Positions 1 through 12,612 of a stretch of 64,000 nucleotides of DNA are shown here, piece by piece (position 1 is the stretch's first letter; each line of letters starts with the position of its first letter). The stretch is from Eledone cirrhosa (Eukaryota). The DNA is taken from NCBI GenBank assembly GCA_964016885.1, contig OZ024744.1, positions 100,440,001-100,504,000 of the forward strand, given 5' to 3'. The notes beneath the pieces were generated by a model, which was given only the letters and a program-made list of their open reading frames with translations, searched no databases and had not been told where the DNA came from. The position numbers were made by a program, and so were the translations under genes.

Positions 1-1147
1 CAAACTACATAAATGCTCGTACGAAGTATATGAAAAATTTGATACGGAAAATTAATTCAGAATCCCCCCCATCAAAAAAAAATACTGATATACGAGAAAT
101 TAAAGCAAAGATACCACTAAGAAATGTGTGTGTGTGGGGGGGGGGGGGGCTGAATTTTTCATATACTTCATACGAGCATTTAGGTAGTTTACACTAGAAT
201 TTTTGTATCGTAGCGGCACTCTTAGAGATAGTATTAGTATTCTTTTTCGGGATTCTGAATTATTATTTCGTATTAGTTTATTTTTTGCACTGGGTGGTTG
301 CTGGCCTTGTGGCTAGGGTGGAAACAGTTATTTTGTATTAGTCTCGGGACTTTGAATTATTATTTTGTGGTAGTTTCTTTAGTATTTTGGCCCCCCACTT
401 GTTGACCCGTCACCGTAATATATACTCGGTTGATTACTAATACCTCTTAAAAGGGTCTCATTATAGTTCTGTCCCACCTAGTAAACCTTTCTTTAGCCTA
501 GCAGTACCAGTGAGAGACTTGATAGCTGTCCTTAGGTTATAGTAACCAGAAAATGTTTTTTTTATATTTAATTGATTTTTAACATTCTCGGTATTTTTCT
601 ATATATTTACCCCATATTGTTTTACTTATTGTTTCAACTTCCTCCCCCCCCTCCCTAGAATACTTCCTTGACCTCCTGCCCTGCTGTAGTTGGCACTATC
701 AACGCACGACTGGGTTTCCTCCACCCACTCTCCCTCTTTCTTCTACTGGCAGGTTCAGCTACCCCTTCCTTCCACAAATTGCCATGATAGAATTATGTGT
801 CTCAACAACAAACTTCTGACCAATCCTTGTGACAATCACTTTTACCATATATGGAATTACCCCGAGAAGCTCGGCTATTCATATACCAGGATAAAAATGT
901 TCATTTAGTCCAGAATTAGCCGTCGAAACGGCTTGAGCTCAGCCGTCGGGGTCCTACTCGTTCCTATATATATATATATATATATTAGAAAGCGAGGTTT
1001 TTTTACAAAATGAAAAATAACCAAGGTGTCCTACACGAGTGAAAGTATAAAGAAAAAAAGATGAAATCAAAAATGCAACTGGAGTCTTATTTAAAAAAGT
1101 GGTTTTTCTCACATTGTGAGAAAGACCACAGACCCTCCATCTCAACT

Positions 1148-1188
1148 CTACTTTTGAAAAACAGAAGAACTGCGAAACCGGTAAAGGG
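1148..1188 (+). ncRNA. Decayed type I hammerhead ribozyme motif
   Basis: ctt-TTGAAAA-acag aagaa ctgc-GAAA-CCGG-TA-aag: intact 3' half with palindromic stem III, core diverged from CUGANGA; flanked by inverted repeat 1054-1098/1207-1254 and (TA)n. Confidence 0.4.
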
Positions 1189-1266
1189 ACCAAATAAATA
1201 TATATATTTTTTTTAAAATAAGACTCCAGTCGCATTTTTGATTTCATCTTTTTTATATATATATAT

Positions 1267-1317
<51 letters not shown>

Positions 1318-1320
1318 TAT

Positions 1321-2432
1321 ATCATCATCGTCATCATCTATGAATGTCTATCTTCCATACTAGCATGGGTTAGACGAGTTTGTCCCAACTAGAGGTAAGT
1401 TGGGTCGGATGACCATGTCTCGCTCATATAGGAGTGTTTCTGACTGGTTATCTACGGCTGGATGCCCTTCCTAACGCCAAACACATTTACAGTGTGTGCT
1501 GGGTACCTTTTGTCATGACACCTACATGATCCCTTTACAATGTGGGCTGGATGTTCTTTACAGTGTGGACTGGGCACCTTTGTTGTGTCACCGACATCGA
1601 AAAAAGATGTGGAGAGGGTAGTAGGGGAGGTATGGTTACCGCTAAGGGAGGTGAATGAGAGGGGATAGAAGGTTGAGGAAGTTGTTGGCTACTAGGTTTA
1701 AGCCTCATCCTGAGAACAATAGAGGGCAGGTCGTCTGTAAAACTGTATAGCGCCAGAGGTCGCAGTCCTGAGTCATTGCCTTTGAGAGGTGTAATTGTGC
1801 AAGGTCAGCTTTTATTACCTCATCCCTATATATATATATATATATATCATCATCATCATCATCATCATTTTACATCCGCTCTTCTCTGCTTGCAAGGGTG
1901 GGACGGGTCTTATTCAGCACAGCATCTCTCCACTTGTCACGGTCCTTCGTCATCTCCACCGTGAGCTTCAGCGATCTGAGGTCTGTTCTCACCACCTCCG
2001 CCCATGTTTTTCGTGGTCTACCTCTACCACGTCTTCCTTCAAATGGCAATTCCTGGCACTTCTTCACCCATCGGTCATCCTCCATTCGCATCACATGTCC
2101 ATATCACCGCAGTCTCCTCTCTCGCACACTACATTCTATCCCTCTCAGACACAGTTTCTCTCTCAACACATTCATGTTGGGTCGTTCACGCACATTGACA
2201 TTGAACATCCAACGGAGCATGCTTGCCTCATTTCTCTCCAGCCGTCACATATCCTCTGCAGTTGCTGCCCACGTCTCACTACCATGCAGCATCACGGTCC
2301 TCACACAGGCATCATATAACCGGCCTTTCGTACGCAGGGAGAAACCCTTCTTCGTCAGCAGAGGAATCAGCACCCTAAACTTCTTCCAACCCGTCCTTAT
2401 TCTAGATACTATGGCTCGGAACACCCCCCTCC
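1321..2432 (-). mobile_element. Two truncated RTE-clade LINE 3' fragments with (CAT)n tails
   Basis: ORF pieces RIRTGWKKFR...LYDACVRTVMLHGSETWA and ...GRGRPRKTW..V..DL; 3' UTR shared with the other copies. Confidence 0.85.
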
Positions 2433-2446
2433 ATATATATATAAAG

Positions 2447-2820
2447 GCACATGGAGGCATATTGGCCTTGCAATCGAAAGGTTGTGAGTTCAATTCTCAG
2501 ACCGGGTGATGTGTTGTTTCCTTGAGCAAGACACTTTATTTCACATTGCTCCAGTTTACTCAGCTGTAGAAAGGAGATGATAGGGACTGGGGTCCCTATC
2601 ATTCCACTGCAAAGTGGTCGTAGAGGTGCCACAGCAAAAAAGCACCCAGCCCACACTGTAAAGTGGACGTGTAGGCGCCACGAAAAAAAAGCACTCAGTA
2701 AATGAGGTTGGTGTTAGGAAGGGCATCCAGCTGTAGAAATCAAGCCAGAATCAGTTCCCGTCCCACCCTTGCAAGCAGGGAAAAGTGGACGTAAAATGAA
2801 ATGATGATGATGATGATGAT
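2447..2820 (+). mobile_element. tRNA-derived SINE with RTE-like 3' tail (family 2)
   Basis: B-box-like GAGTTCAATTCTC, central gtgttgtttccttgagcaagacactttatttcacattgctccag, LINE-shared tail gttaggaagggcatccagctgtag...(ATG)n. Confidence 0.8.
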
Positions 2821-3209
2821 ATATATATATATATATAATGTCACGGGCAGTGTCCCAGCATGGCTTCAGTCAGATGGCTGGAACAGGTAAAAGAGTAAAA
2901 GAGTATATATATAGAAAGAGAGAGTGAGACCAAGAAACAGCATCTAACTTCCAATAAGAACCCAATATAATATGTAATTGGAATTAAAAAATGTTGTATC
3001 CATGACACAATAGTCTGCACCCACTGCCTTGATACACCTTGCTTGCCCAACCTGTACATACAAGCATGCTCTACATGTGATCTCCCACAATGTCAAAAGC
3101 ACTAAGCCCACCCTATATGCTGATCCAGTTGTCACCACAACAAAACACCCAATCCACTCTGTAAGGTGGTCATTTTGGCGCCATGATAACAAGCACCCAG
3201 TCCACACAA

Positions 3210-3348
3210 AAGCAACAACAACAAAAACAATAGCAACAACAATAACAATAACAACAACAACAAAAATAACAATAACAACAACAACAACAACAACAGCAAC
3301 AACAGCAGCAGCAACAGCAGCAGCAGCACCACCAGCAGCAGCAGCAGC

Positions 3349-3382
<34 letters not shown>

Positions 3383-3414
3383 GCAACAACAACAACAACA
3401 ACAACAACACCACC

Positions 3415-3451
<37 letters not shown>

Positions 3452-3600
3452 GTAACAGCAACAGTAAATAGCAAACAAAGACAATAACAACAGCAACAAC
3501 AACAACATCACCATCACCACCACCACCACCAACAACACCACCAACAACAACAACAGTGACAACAACAACAGTAAATAGCAAACAAAGACAATAACAAAAT
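3210..3600. repeat. (CAA/CAG)n trinucleotide microsatellite
   Basis: Direct inspection. Confidence 0.95.
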
Positions 3601-3676
3601 CAACAAAGACATCATGTACAGAAATAAATAAGAGTAAAATAATGTGAAATTTCTACTAAAATAAAATTTTATTTAC

Positions 3677-3840
3677 CTGAATATCGAGAGAGTAAATATT
3701 TCTGTCGTGGGAACCAACCCAAACATATGAGGTGATTGTGTCAACAACAGGTGAACTCTTTACAATATCGTTAGTTGAAAATGTCCACACTATGTCACCA
3801 GTTGTTAGTTGTAGCAGATAAATGCATCCGTCATAACAGC
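3677..3840 (-). CDS. AASDH: AASDH exon: PQQ-like beta-propeller repeat
   Basis: tacag|GC TGT TAT...ATT CAG|gtaaat; 164 nt, (G)CYDGCIYLLQLTTGDIVWTFSTNDIVKSSPVVDTITSYVWVGSHDRNIYSLDIQ; direct continuation of the previous exon. Confidence 0.94.
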
Positions 3841-4718
3841 CTGTATTTAATAAACATTAATATAAGAAGGCTAAGACAATGTGAAATGGACTGTAAAATG
3901 AAGGTAAATGTCATAACAGCCTGTATTTAATAAACATTAATATAAGAAGGCTAAGACAATGTCAAATGGACTGTAAAATGAAGGTAACTGTCATAACAGC
4001 CTGTATTTAATAAACATTAATATAAGAAGGCTAAGACAATGTGGAATGGACTGTAAAATGGAGGTAACTGTCATAACAGCCTGTATTTAATAAACATTAA
4101 TATAAGAAGGCTAAGACAATGTCAAATGGACTGTAAAATGAAGGTAACTGTCATAACAGCCTGTATTTAATAAACATTAATATAAGAAGGCTAAGACAAT
4201 GTGAAATGGACTGTAAAATGAAGGTAAATGTCATAACAGCCTGTATTTAATAAACATTAATATAAGAAGGCTAAGACAATGTGGAATGGACTGTAAAATG
4301 GAGGTAACTGTCATAACAGCCTGTATTTAATAAACATTAATATAAGAAGGCTAAGACAATGTGAAATGGACTATAAAATGAAGGTAACTGTCATAACAGC
4401 CTGTATTTAATAAACATTAATATAAGAAGGCTAAGACAATGTGAAATGGACTGTAAAATGAAGGTAAATGTCATAACAGCCTGTATTTAATAAACATTAA
4501 TATAAGAAGGCTAAGACAATGTGGAATGGACTGTAAAATGGAGTTAACTGTCATAACAGACTGTATTTAATAAATATTAATATAAGAAGGCTAAGACAAT
4601 GTGAAATGGACTGTAAAATGGAGGTAACTGTCATAACAGCCTGTATTTAATAAATATTAATATAATAAGGCTAAGACAATGTGAAATGGACTGTAAAATA
4701 AAGGTAACTCTCATAACA
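3831..4718. repeat. 80-bp tandem array (11 units) containing the AASDH 3' splice site and first 11 exon nt
   Basis: Unit tcataacagcctgtatttaataaacattaatataagaaggctaagacaatgtgaaatggactgtaaaatgaaggtaaatg starts at 3831, 3911 ... 4631; partial at 4711. Confidence 0.97.
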
Positions 4719-4959
4719 CAAATCTTCTAACTATATCGGCACCATTTTGTAATATATATGCTAGTGACCTCCAGGCCTTCACCCAAGTCTGTACTGTGCT
4801 CAAATCTATTTATAAGGCATCTCTTGTCATGTATCGTAATGCCCATTTTCCTTAAAATAAAAGATGTTAAAAGGTATTTAAATATTGCATAACATAATTT
4901 TTAAAATTTATTTAGAATATCTAAATACAGAAAGTAATAGAAAAAAAAATAATAGAAAA

Positions 4960-5900
4960 AACGGGCTCCCTACTCTGGAACAAGCTTCATAGAATTGACC
5001 ATGTGAGAAACAGCCATCTTCTAGATCAGCGTTTCTCAACCGGTGTTCCCCGGAACCCTAGGATTCCGCAAGAGGTCGCTAGGGGTTCCGTGAGAACTAG
5101 TGATAAATAAACTAATGAATTTCTTGAAAGTAATTTTTGTTTAATTTTATATTCGTAATTTTACTATACATTTACGGCATATTGTCGGAAAATCCTTGTA
5201 TATTTTAAGAAAGGCTTCAACCTCTTATATTATTTAAAACTAGGTCAATATAAGAGATAGATATTAATAATGGTATATAATAATTTTTATGTAGGGGTTC
5301 CCTGAGACATGAACCTATTTCAAGGGTTCCACAAGGTTAAAAAGGTTGAGAAACGCTGTTCTAGATGGAGACTGACAACCTGCAGTGTTTGACCTTGGGA
5401 CTTGTTAATGGTCATTGCATAACTGACTCTCAGTGAGAATTGCAATCATTTGATATAAAAGGGGACATCTGTTGGTATTAGTGGTATTCTAGGTTTAAAT
5501 ATGATGTCTCCCTATCACACCCAGTGAGGATTTTGGCTTCGATAATGTGAGGCTGTAACTTCGTTGCAACCATATGTGTCTCATTGTACAATCATGGCTG
5601 ATCTAGGTTTCTGAGAAGCATGATGACTGTGTACTTCTTCAATTCAAGGTTGTGTGGCAGCATACCAGATGGTTTCAGACTGTTGAGATTTTCAACGGGA
5701 TAATGAACACTTTCGTCTTTGTCAACAACTTTGTCGATAGATTTATAGATCTGCCTACCTCCAGGGAGCATTTGTGAGAGATTTTATTGATGGCATTCAC
5801 TGTGATGTTTTTGAGAGTAAAGATTGCTCTTTCACTCCTCATTGGAATGGTGGATTTGGAAATTGGGGAACACTTAATTATGTTTACAAGCTTTCCACAA
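4960..5900 (-). pseudogene. Helitron Pif1-like helicase relic interrupted by a hAT MITE
   Basis: Minus strand QFSLRVSYAMTINKSQGQTLQVVSL (near 5370-5445) continues past the MITE as LEDGCFSHGQFYEACSRVG (near 4965-5025). Confidence 0.8.
5027..5358. mobile_element. hAT-type MITE
   Basis: TIRs CAGCGTTTCTCAACC / GGTTGAGAAACGCTG; perfect 8-bp TSD TTCTAGAT. Confidence 0.93.
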
Positions 5901-5909
5901 CAGTACAAA

Positions 5910-6097
5910 ATAATTATTTCTACTTTTGGCACAAGGCCAGCAGTTACCCAGTGCATTACTGGTACTTTATTTTGTCGACCCCGTAAGAATGAAAGACAAA
6001 GTTAACCTCGACAGGATTTGAACTCAGACCATAAAGGGACGTAACTATGCCAGAAAGCATGGCGTCCAACCCTCTATCGATACTGCCGATTCACCGC
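5910..6097 (-). mobile_element. tRNA-derived SINE family 1 (Nin/Deu-like central domain)
   Basis: A box TGGCAGTATCGGT, B box GAGTTCAAATCC, core gcctttcatccttacggggtcgataaaataaagtaccag, (ATT)n tail; further copies near 8368-8788, 22372, 25120, 25400, 26170, 32548, 32706, 34838, 47522, 47730, 52580, 52820, 61145, 61330. Confidence 0.85.
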
Positions 6098-7379
6098 AGT
6101 ACAAAATAACGAAGTATCAAAACATCCTTCAGTATCAAAGGATTGCTTTACTATAAATTTAAACAACTAAGATGTGTTTATCTGTAAGTCTGGGTCCCCT
6201 TCCATTCCCGCCTCAGTTATTTGAACTGAAGAAATCTCCGAGGATGGGAAAATTCAAGGATCATCCATTCCAATTCCGATTTCAAAAAAGAAGGCAATTG
6301 TGAGCATATCAGAGGTCTGATTAATTGAGAACACGATAAAACCTAGGAAAAAAATGTTCTTCTCGATCTCTAGTGAATGCTTTTCTATGATTTTAAACGA
6401 CTGAGAGGCGCTTATCTCTAACTCCAAGGGTCCCCTTCACGCCACCTCCATTTTCAGAAAAATGAGTCATTAGCGAGTGAGTCTGATGTCAGATCTGTCG
6501 AAAATAAATGAAAAAAACCTAAAAAAGAAAAAAATTCCCATTGAAGAAATCTCCTAGGCTGGGATAAACCGAGGGTCAAACCTTCGCTTCCACTATTCTG
6601 TTTTCGGAGACAAAGTTGATTGCAAGCATGTCGGGGTTCAAATTAGTTGAAATCACATGAAAAACCTTAATTATTTAGTGTTATTAGCAGTCAATGTATA
6701 AACAAACAAACAAACTTCCTTTTTAAGACCTACATGTTAAAGGACATACAAAAACACACACGCAACAACAACAAAACTCCGTTCTCTCTCTCTCACTGTA
6801 TTTCTCTCTCAATAACAACAACAATCACTTATTATTATAGTGAAAATCTTTCTTTTTTTTGTCTATGTTGTGTTGTTGGACATACAGAAGCACACACTCT
6901 CACACAGAAAGAAATACACACCATACAAACAACCCCCAAATCATTTTGGTATCCTATCCGTTACCAAATTATGTTTTAGTTAGTTAGAGAGTGGGGAATG
7001 CAGAGTGAGTGAGAGGGGGGAGTATTTCGCTTTCTCTATAAATAGATAGCATGCCGGATGGATGGACGGGCTGACACGGCTCTTAGTATTGTATAGATTA
7101 TAGATAAGAATATGTGTGTGCTAGAAAGAGCAGTAAAGTCTCGCTCACCTTACTACCCCACCTGGCTCCCCCCTATTCTGTTTTCGGAGAACAAGTCAAT
7201 CGTGAGCATGTCGCAGGTCAGGTTAGTTAAAAACATGAAAAATCTTAATTATTACCAATTTTATTTAGTGTTATTACTGGACAATGTACAAATAAACAAA
7301 CTTCCTTTTTCTATAATATATATATATAACATATACAATATATTAATAAATGGAAACTATATTTATAAAACCATAATTA

Positions 7380-7441
7380 TTTTATTATATATATTTCAAG
7401 GGCAACCAAGGTAAATTATGGTGTGCTTTCATCAGATAAAA
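7380..7441 (-). ncRNA. Type I hammerhead ribozyme motif (family A)
   Basis: TTTTAT-CTGATGA-AAG..CTT-GAAA-TATATA-TA-ATAAAA; palindromic minimal stem III; within inverted pair approx. 7330-7405/7500-7575. Confidence 0.75.
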
Positions 7442-8275
7442 TTCAGATTTGTTTTATAAATAAATATTGACATACCCGGAAAAAAGACAACCTCAACGGT
7501 TACCCTTGAAATATATATAATAAAATAATTATGGTTTTATAAATATAGTTTCCATTTATTAATATATTGTATATTTACTCCACTAATCTGTTGAGGGCTT
7601 TATATCAGTTCTAAAAAAATGTTTAAGCTTGTTGAATCCCAACAAATTAAATATAACCTCTGCATATATAACATATATATATATTATATATATATTATAT
7701 ATATATATAACACAATATATATATATTCATATAGCGGTGTCATACAATACCGGGACCAAACGTTGGTAACATTATGTGATGGGTTTCGCAGGGCCAACTG
7801 GTCACAACTCCTCATAGCAGTGACACCCAGTACCGGGGCCCCAAAACTGTGACTATGTACATAAATGTATGTTACACCACACCACACCACACCACACATG
7901 TACATAAATATATGTTACACCACAATACACACTTTTGTCTCCCTAAAGTCATTACTTCCCATGGGAAAAAAAATAAAACCAGATAGTTTTTTTGACAGAC
8001 CTCATATTGTGTTCATGAGTAGAGTCGGTGCTGTTACATGTCTAATTCTTTGATATGTAGTGATGGATTTGTAGTGTTGAAAGAGGCTAGGTTGTCATTT
8101 ATATCTCCATTCCGAAATGGTTTCAAAAGTCATAGTTCGTAGAAGCTGTGTATTTCTAGAGTAAAGTATTTAGATGTGAATGAATGTCACTTGTGTACAA
8201 AATGATAAACAGAGGTGAAGGATAGTATCATCCACATAAGAATGTTTGTTGTTAGAAGGGATAGCAAGTAGGTCA

Positions 8276-9368
8276 TCTTAACTATAATAAAGTAAGGAGT
8301 ACGGGACTGCATCCAGAATATATTTTTTTTATCCTGTTAGTAAAATAAGTTGGATTACTTTGAATAAATAATTGTTTCTACTTTTGGCACAAGGCCAGCA
8401 AGTACCCAGTGTATTACTGGTACTTTATTTTATCGACCCCGTAAGGATGAAAGACAAAGTTAACCTCGGCGGGATTTGAACTCAGACCGTAAAGGGACGT
8501 AACTCTATGCTTCAAAGCATGGTGACCGACTCTCTACCAATACTGCCAATTGAAAAATAATTGTTTCTACTTTTGGCACAAGGCCAGCAATTCACCAGTG
8601 TATTACTGGTACTTTATTTTATCGATCCCGTAAGGATGAAAGGCAAAGTTAACCTCGGCGGGATTTGAACTCAGACCGTAAAGGGACGTAACTATGCTAG
8701 AAAGCATGGCGTCCAACCCTCTATTTAAAAAATGCTTTAAGTTCAGACCTTCAAAGCATGGTGTCCGACTCTCTACCGATACTGCCACAAAATGTATGTG
8801 CTAAATTTTGTTATTCTTGATTAAATATATTTTATAGCTTATTTAAAGATTCACTTCTTTAAAATTTTCAAATGTCAATGCTTCCGATTAGCAGCCGTTA
8901 TATTATAACACTTATAAAAATATCGCAAATATTTCCGTCACTAATTTTCTCCTAATGCAGTTTATATATAATATCGACGGGGTATTAAACAACCCATTTG
9001 TAGCGCCTCCCCCCTATTGGGGATTTCGATTGTTGAAATTGTTTGTTTGTTTTTATATTTTTTTACACGACTGTATGTAAAATCCCCGGCATGTCTTTGT
9101 ATTGTCCCCTTTCTTGTTGCGCCCTTGTGGCTAATAAAGAAATCAATGCAGTTTATATATAATATCGTCTTTTTCTAAATGTATCATGGATTACGTTACT
9201 GATTACATAAGACAGTTTAACGCAGTCTTCGTTCAATTTCTGTGTATATTGTCAATTACGATTTTATTTGATGTATCATATCTACATGCATATATATTTG
9301 TGTATAATATCAATATACACACTACACATGCTAGCAGAAAACCACCCAAAGGGTGGTTTTTCTGCTAG
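8276..9368 (+). mobile_element. Non-autonomous Helitron (with nested SINEs and a retro-insertion)
   Basis: A|TC start, CTAG|T end, terminal hairpin CTAGCAGAAAACCACCC-AAA-GGGTGGTTTTTCTGCTAG; same family at 35035-35511 and 58860-59462. Confidence 0.75.
8977..9144 (+). mobile_element. Short non-LTR retrotransposon 3' end with 23-bp TSD
   Basis: aatgcagtttatatataatatcg at 8954-8976 and 9145-9167; ends aataaagaaat; related copies near 15250-15400 and 60505-60620. Confidence 0.7.
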
Positions 9369-9659
9369 TTAACTGTAATAATTTAGCAGAAAATATCTAA
9401 TAACAGGTTTGTTAGTTCAAATGTTTATAGTATCTTTACTACTGCATAGATTGTTGTGAAAATGTTCAATATTTATGTAATGAATCTAATATTTAATGTG
9501 ATTGAGTTATAGTGTTGTTTTGTACTTTTCAGGAATATCTTGCTAATGTGGCTTCATGTGGTTTATCAGACATTGTTAAAAACATCAGCTACCAAAATCC
9601 ACAGGAATTTATAACAAAAAAATACTAGTCTTCCACCAGTCCCCATTTTTACCAGCAAC

Positions 9660-10870
9660 ATCTAACAACTTTCTGGTCACTTTCAAAACATCTCTCTACT
9701 TTTTGGTCCCTTTCAAAACATGTGTTATTGTTTGACCTCCTTTCAAAACATCTCTCTACTTTTTGGTCCCTTTCAAAACATGTGTTACTGTTTGACCCCT
9801 TTTAAAAACAACTAACCAAAGTTTGGCTCTTTTCAAAACATTTATATAATGAGTGGCCCTTTTTCAAAACATCAATATACTGTTTGGTCCCTTTCAAATC
9901 AACTAACCAAAATGTGGCCCCTTTCAAAACATCTATTTACTGTTCAGCCCCTTTTAAAACATCTATATACTGTTTGGCCCCTTTCAAAACATCTAACTAA
10001 TGTTTTGCCCCTTTCAAAACATCTATTTACTGTTCAGTCACTTTTAAAACATCTATATACTGTTTGGTGCCTTTCAAAAAATCTATTTACTGTTCAGCCC
10101 CTTTTAAAACATATATCTACTGTTTGGCCCCTTTCAAAACATTCAACTACTGTTTGGTCCCTTTCAAATCAACTAACCAAAATGTGGCCTCTTTCAAAAC
10201 ATCTATTTACTGTTCAGCCCCTTTTAAAACATCTATAAACTGTTTGCTGCCTTTCAAAACAACTAAACAAAGTTTGGCTCCTTTCAAAAAAATCTATCTA
10301 CTGTTCAGCCCCTTTTAAAACATCTAACTACTGTTTGATGCCTTTCAAAACATCTATTTACTGTTCAACCCCTTTTAAAACATCCAACTACTGTTTGGTG
10401 TATTTCAAAAAAATCTATTTACTGTTCAGCCCCTTTTAAAACATCTATATACTGTTTGGTGCCTTTCAAAACATCTATCTAGTGTTCAGCCCCTTTTAAA
10501 ACATCTAACTACTGTTTGGTGCCTTTCAAAAAATCTATTTACTGTTCAGCCCCTTTTAAAACATCTATCTACTGTTTGGCCCCTTTCAAAACATCTAACT
10601 ACTGTTTGGCCCCTTTCAAAACATGTAACTAATATTTTGCCCCTTTTAAAACGTCTATATACTGTTCAGCCCCTTTTAAAACATCAATATACTGTTTGGT
10701 GCCTTTTAAAACAACTAAACAAAGTTTGGCTCCTTTCACAAAATCTATTTACTGTTTGGCTCCTTCCGAAATATCTCTATACTGTTTGACCCCTTCCAAA
10801 ACATCTCTATACAGTTTGACCGCATTCAAAACAACTAAATACTGTGGGGCCCTTTCCAAAATCATACCTG
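9660..10870. repeat. Approx. 39-bp minisatellite (about 30 diverged units)
   Basis: Unit like cctttcaaaacatctatttactgttcagcc; 13-aa periodicity in overlapping spurious ORFs. Confidence 0.92.
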
Positions 10871-10972
10871 TACTGGTGTCTAGAAAAGATACCCTGTATT
10901 ATTTTTTAAAAGTAAATTCTAGAGTTTCGGTGAAGGAAATGTTGAAAAATATTTGAAGTGACATGTACATAC

Positions 10973-11124
10973 CAACTACGATATATTGACCACACGATGA
11001 CACACAAGCTGAACTCTCCACACGGTCACCAAGAATTGTTTCCCACAACAACTGACCAGAACTGGCAAGGACAGCAATCACTTTATGTGAATGTGAACCA
11101 ACAATGATAATCTTTTCTTTGTTA
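10973..11124 (-). CDS. AASDH: AASDH exon: PQQ-like beta-propeller repeat
   Basis: ttcag|T AAC AAA...GTA GTT G|gtatgt; 152 nt, (S)NKEKIIIVGSHSHKVIAVLASSGQLLWETILGDRVESSACVSSCGQYIVV(G); closely resembles AASDH 'IGSHSH...W..ILGDRIESSACVSKCG..IVVG'; phase matches both neighbours. Confidence 0.95.
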
Positions 11125-11206
11125 CTGAAAAATTGAAAGAACATTTTTTTTTTTTTTTTTTCATGAAATTAAAATATTTCTGAAAATATCAAATAATTAC
11201 ATTATA

Positions 11207-11275
<69 letters not shown>

Positions 11276-11294
11276 GTGTGTGTGCGTATATATA

Positions 11295-12146
11295 CAGGGT
11301 GAGGACGATATTTGTTCACAATTTTCAACTGCTAATTTTATGCAAATTTTTTTTACTTCCGTTGTCACTCTTGTCTTCATAAAAACAATGACTATATTTC
11401 CATTATTTATTTTCAGATTAATTGATTATGAATAATTTTGAACCTCCAAATTTGTGGAAGAGACACGGGAGTTCTTCTTGGAATCCATGCCGGGAGGACA
11501 AATAAGGAAATTTCAGACTTTCTCAGCGTCAGCAAGAGAATAGTGTCTCATCCAAAGACGTATCCAGCGACAACATTAGTCTTAGGTGACGTCATGCCAC
11601 TTCACTTCTTCCCTGAGAGCCTCAAGCTGAACACCGATGGCTACATCCGCATTCTGAGCGAAGTAGTAAAGCCCTGGATCGACCAGGTAGCTGCAGGTAG
11701 GCCGTACGTGTGGCAGCAAGACTCAGCGCCCTGCCATACCAGCCGAAAGACCCAAGCCTGGCTGTCAGAGAACTTCGTCGACCACACTTCACCTGACATC
11801 TGGCCTCCCAGCTTGCCTGACTGCAACCCCCTTGACTTCTTTGTGTCGGGTGCAGTGGTACGAGACACCAACAGATCTAGCTGCAATACGAAAGACGATC
11901 TGAAGACCAGGATCACAAGTGTCTTCAGGGGCCTAAGTCGGGGGACAGTGACGAAGGCCTGTAGCCGGTTCCGAGGCCGCCTTGAAGCCGTCATCAAAGC
12001 CAATGGCGGGTTTATTGAGTGAGATCGAAAGAACAAGTCATGAAGACAAACTGACCCAAGTTTGATAAATATATCTTAAAAAATAAAACTACTGTGTTAT
12101 TTTTTCCTAGACAGTAATCTTGCGAACAAATATCGTCCGCACCCTG
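11295..12146 (+). mobile_element. Internally deleted Tc1/mariner transposon, DD37D (maT-like)
   Basis: TIRs CAGGGTGAGGACGATATTTGTTCACAA / TTGCGAACAAATATCGTCCGCACCCTG, TA flanks; ORF WQQDSAPCH...WPPSLPDCNPLD with 37 residues between the last two Asp. Confidence 0.92.
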
Positions 12147-12152
12147 TATATT

Positions 12153-12185
<33 letters not shown>

Positions 12186-12280
12186 TCAATATGACAAAAG
12201 ACCAAGGTTAACAACTTAAATTCATTCTTCAATTTCCATGTCCCTTTCAATATGGTTACATTATATATACATATATATTT

Positions 12281-12600
12281 GAGAGAGAAACTGTGTCTGA
12301 GAGGGATAGAATGTAGTGTGTGAGAGAGGAGACTGAGGTGGTATGGACATGTGATGCGCATGGAGGATGACCGATGGGTGAAGAAGTGTCAGGAAATGCC
12401 AGTTGAAGGAAGACGTGGTAGAAGTAGACCACGAAAAACATGGGCGGAGGTGGTGAGAACAGACCTCAGATCGCTGAAGCTCACGGTGGAGATGACGAAG
12501 GACCGTGACAAGTGGAGAGATGCTGTGCTGAATAAGACCCGTCCCACCCTTGCAAGCAGGGAAGAGCGGACGTAAAATGATGAGGATGATGATGATGATA
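12281..12600 (+). mobile_element. RTE LINE 3' fragment
   Basis: Near-identical inverse of approx. 1846-2170; (ATG)n tail. Confidence 0.85.
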
Positions 12601-12612
12601 TATATATATATA

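Noticed and set aside
812-960. Possible degenerate hammerhead (CTGACCA atcct...aggat AAAA) and GCCGTCGAAACGGC hairpin
   Set aside because: Both core strands mutated and stem I unconvincing; structured but not assignable
2944-3581. Poly-Thr/Val/Leu/Cys ORFs
   Set aside because: Translations of a (CAA)n microsatellite
3831-4718. Regular arrays (here and at 19135, 25630, 35977, 61761) as CRISPR-like loci
   Set aside because: Units are head-to-tail with no unique spacers, there are no cas genes, and the context is eukaryotic
6222-6260. CTGAAGA...GAAA as a hammerhead
   Set aside because: No stem III/UH and weak stem II; the related copy near 6541 lacks the core
6160-7105. Possible Helentron-like element (aaacaactaaga...tcttagtattgtatagat)
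   Set aside because: Only a 7-bp inverted match and partial internal repeats; boundaries cannot be established from this window
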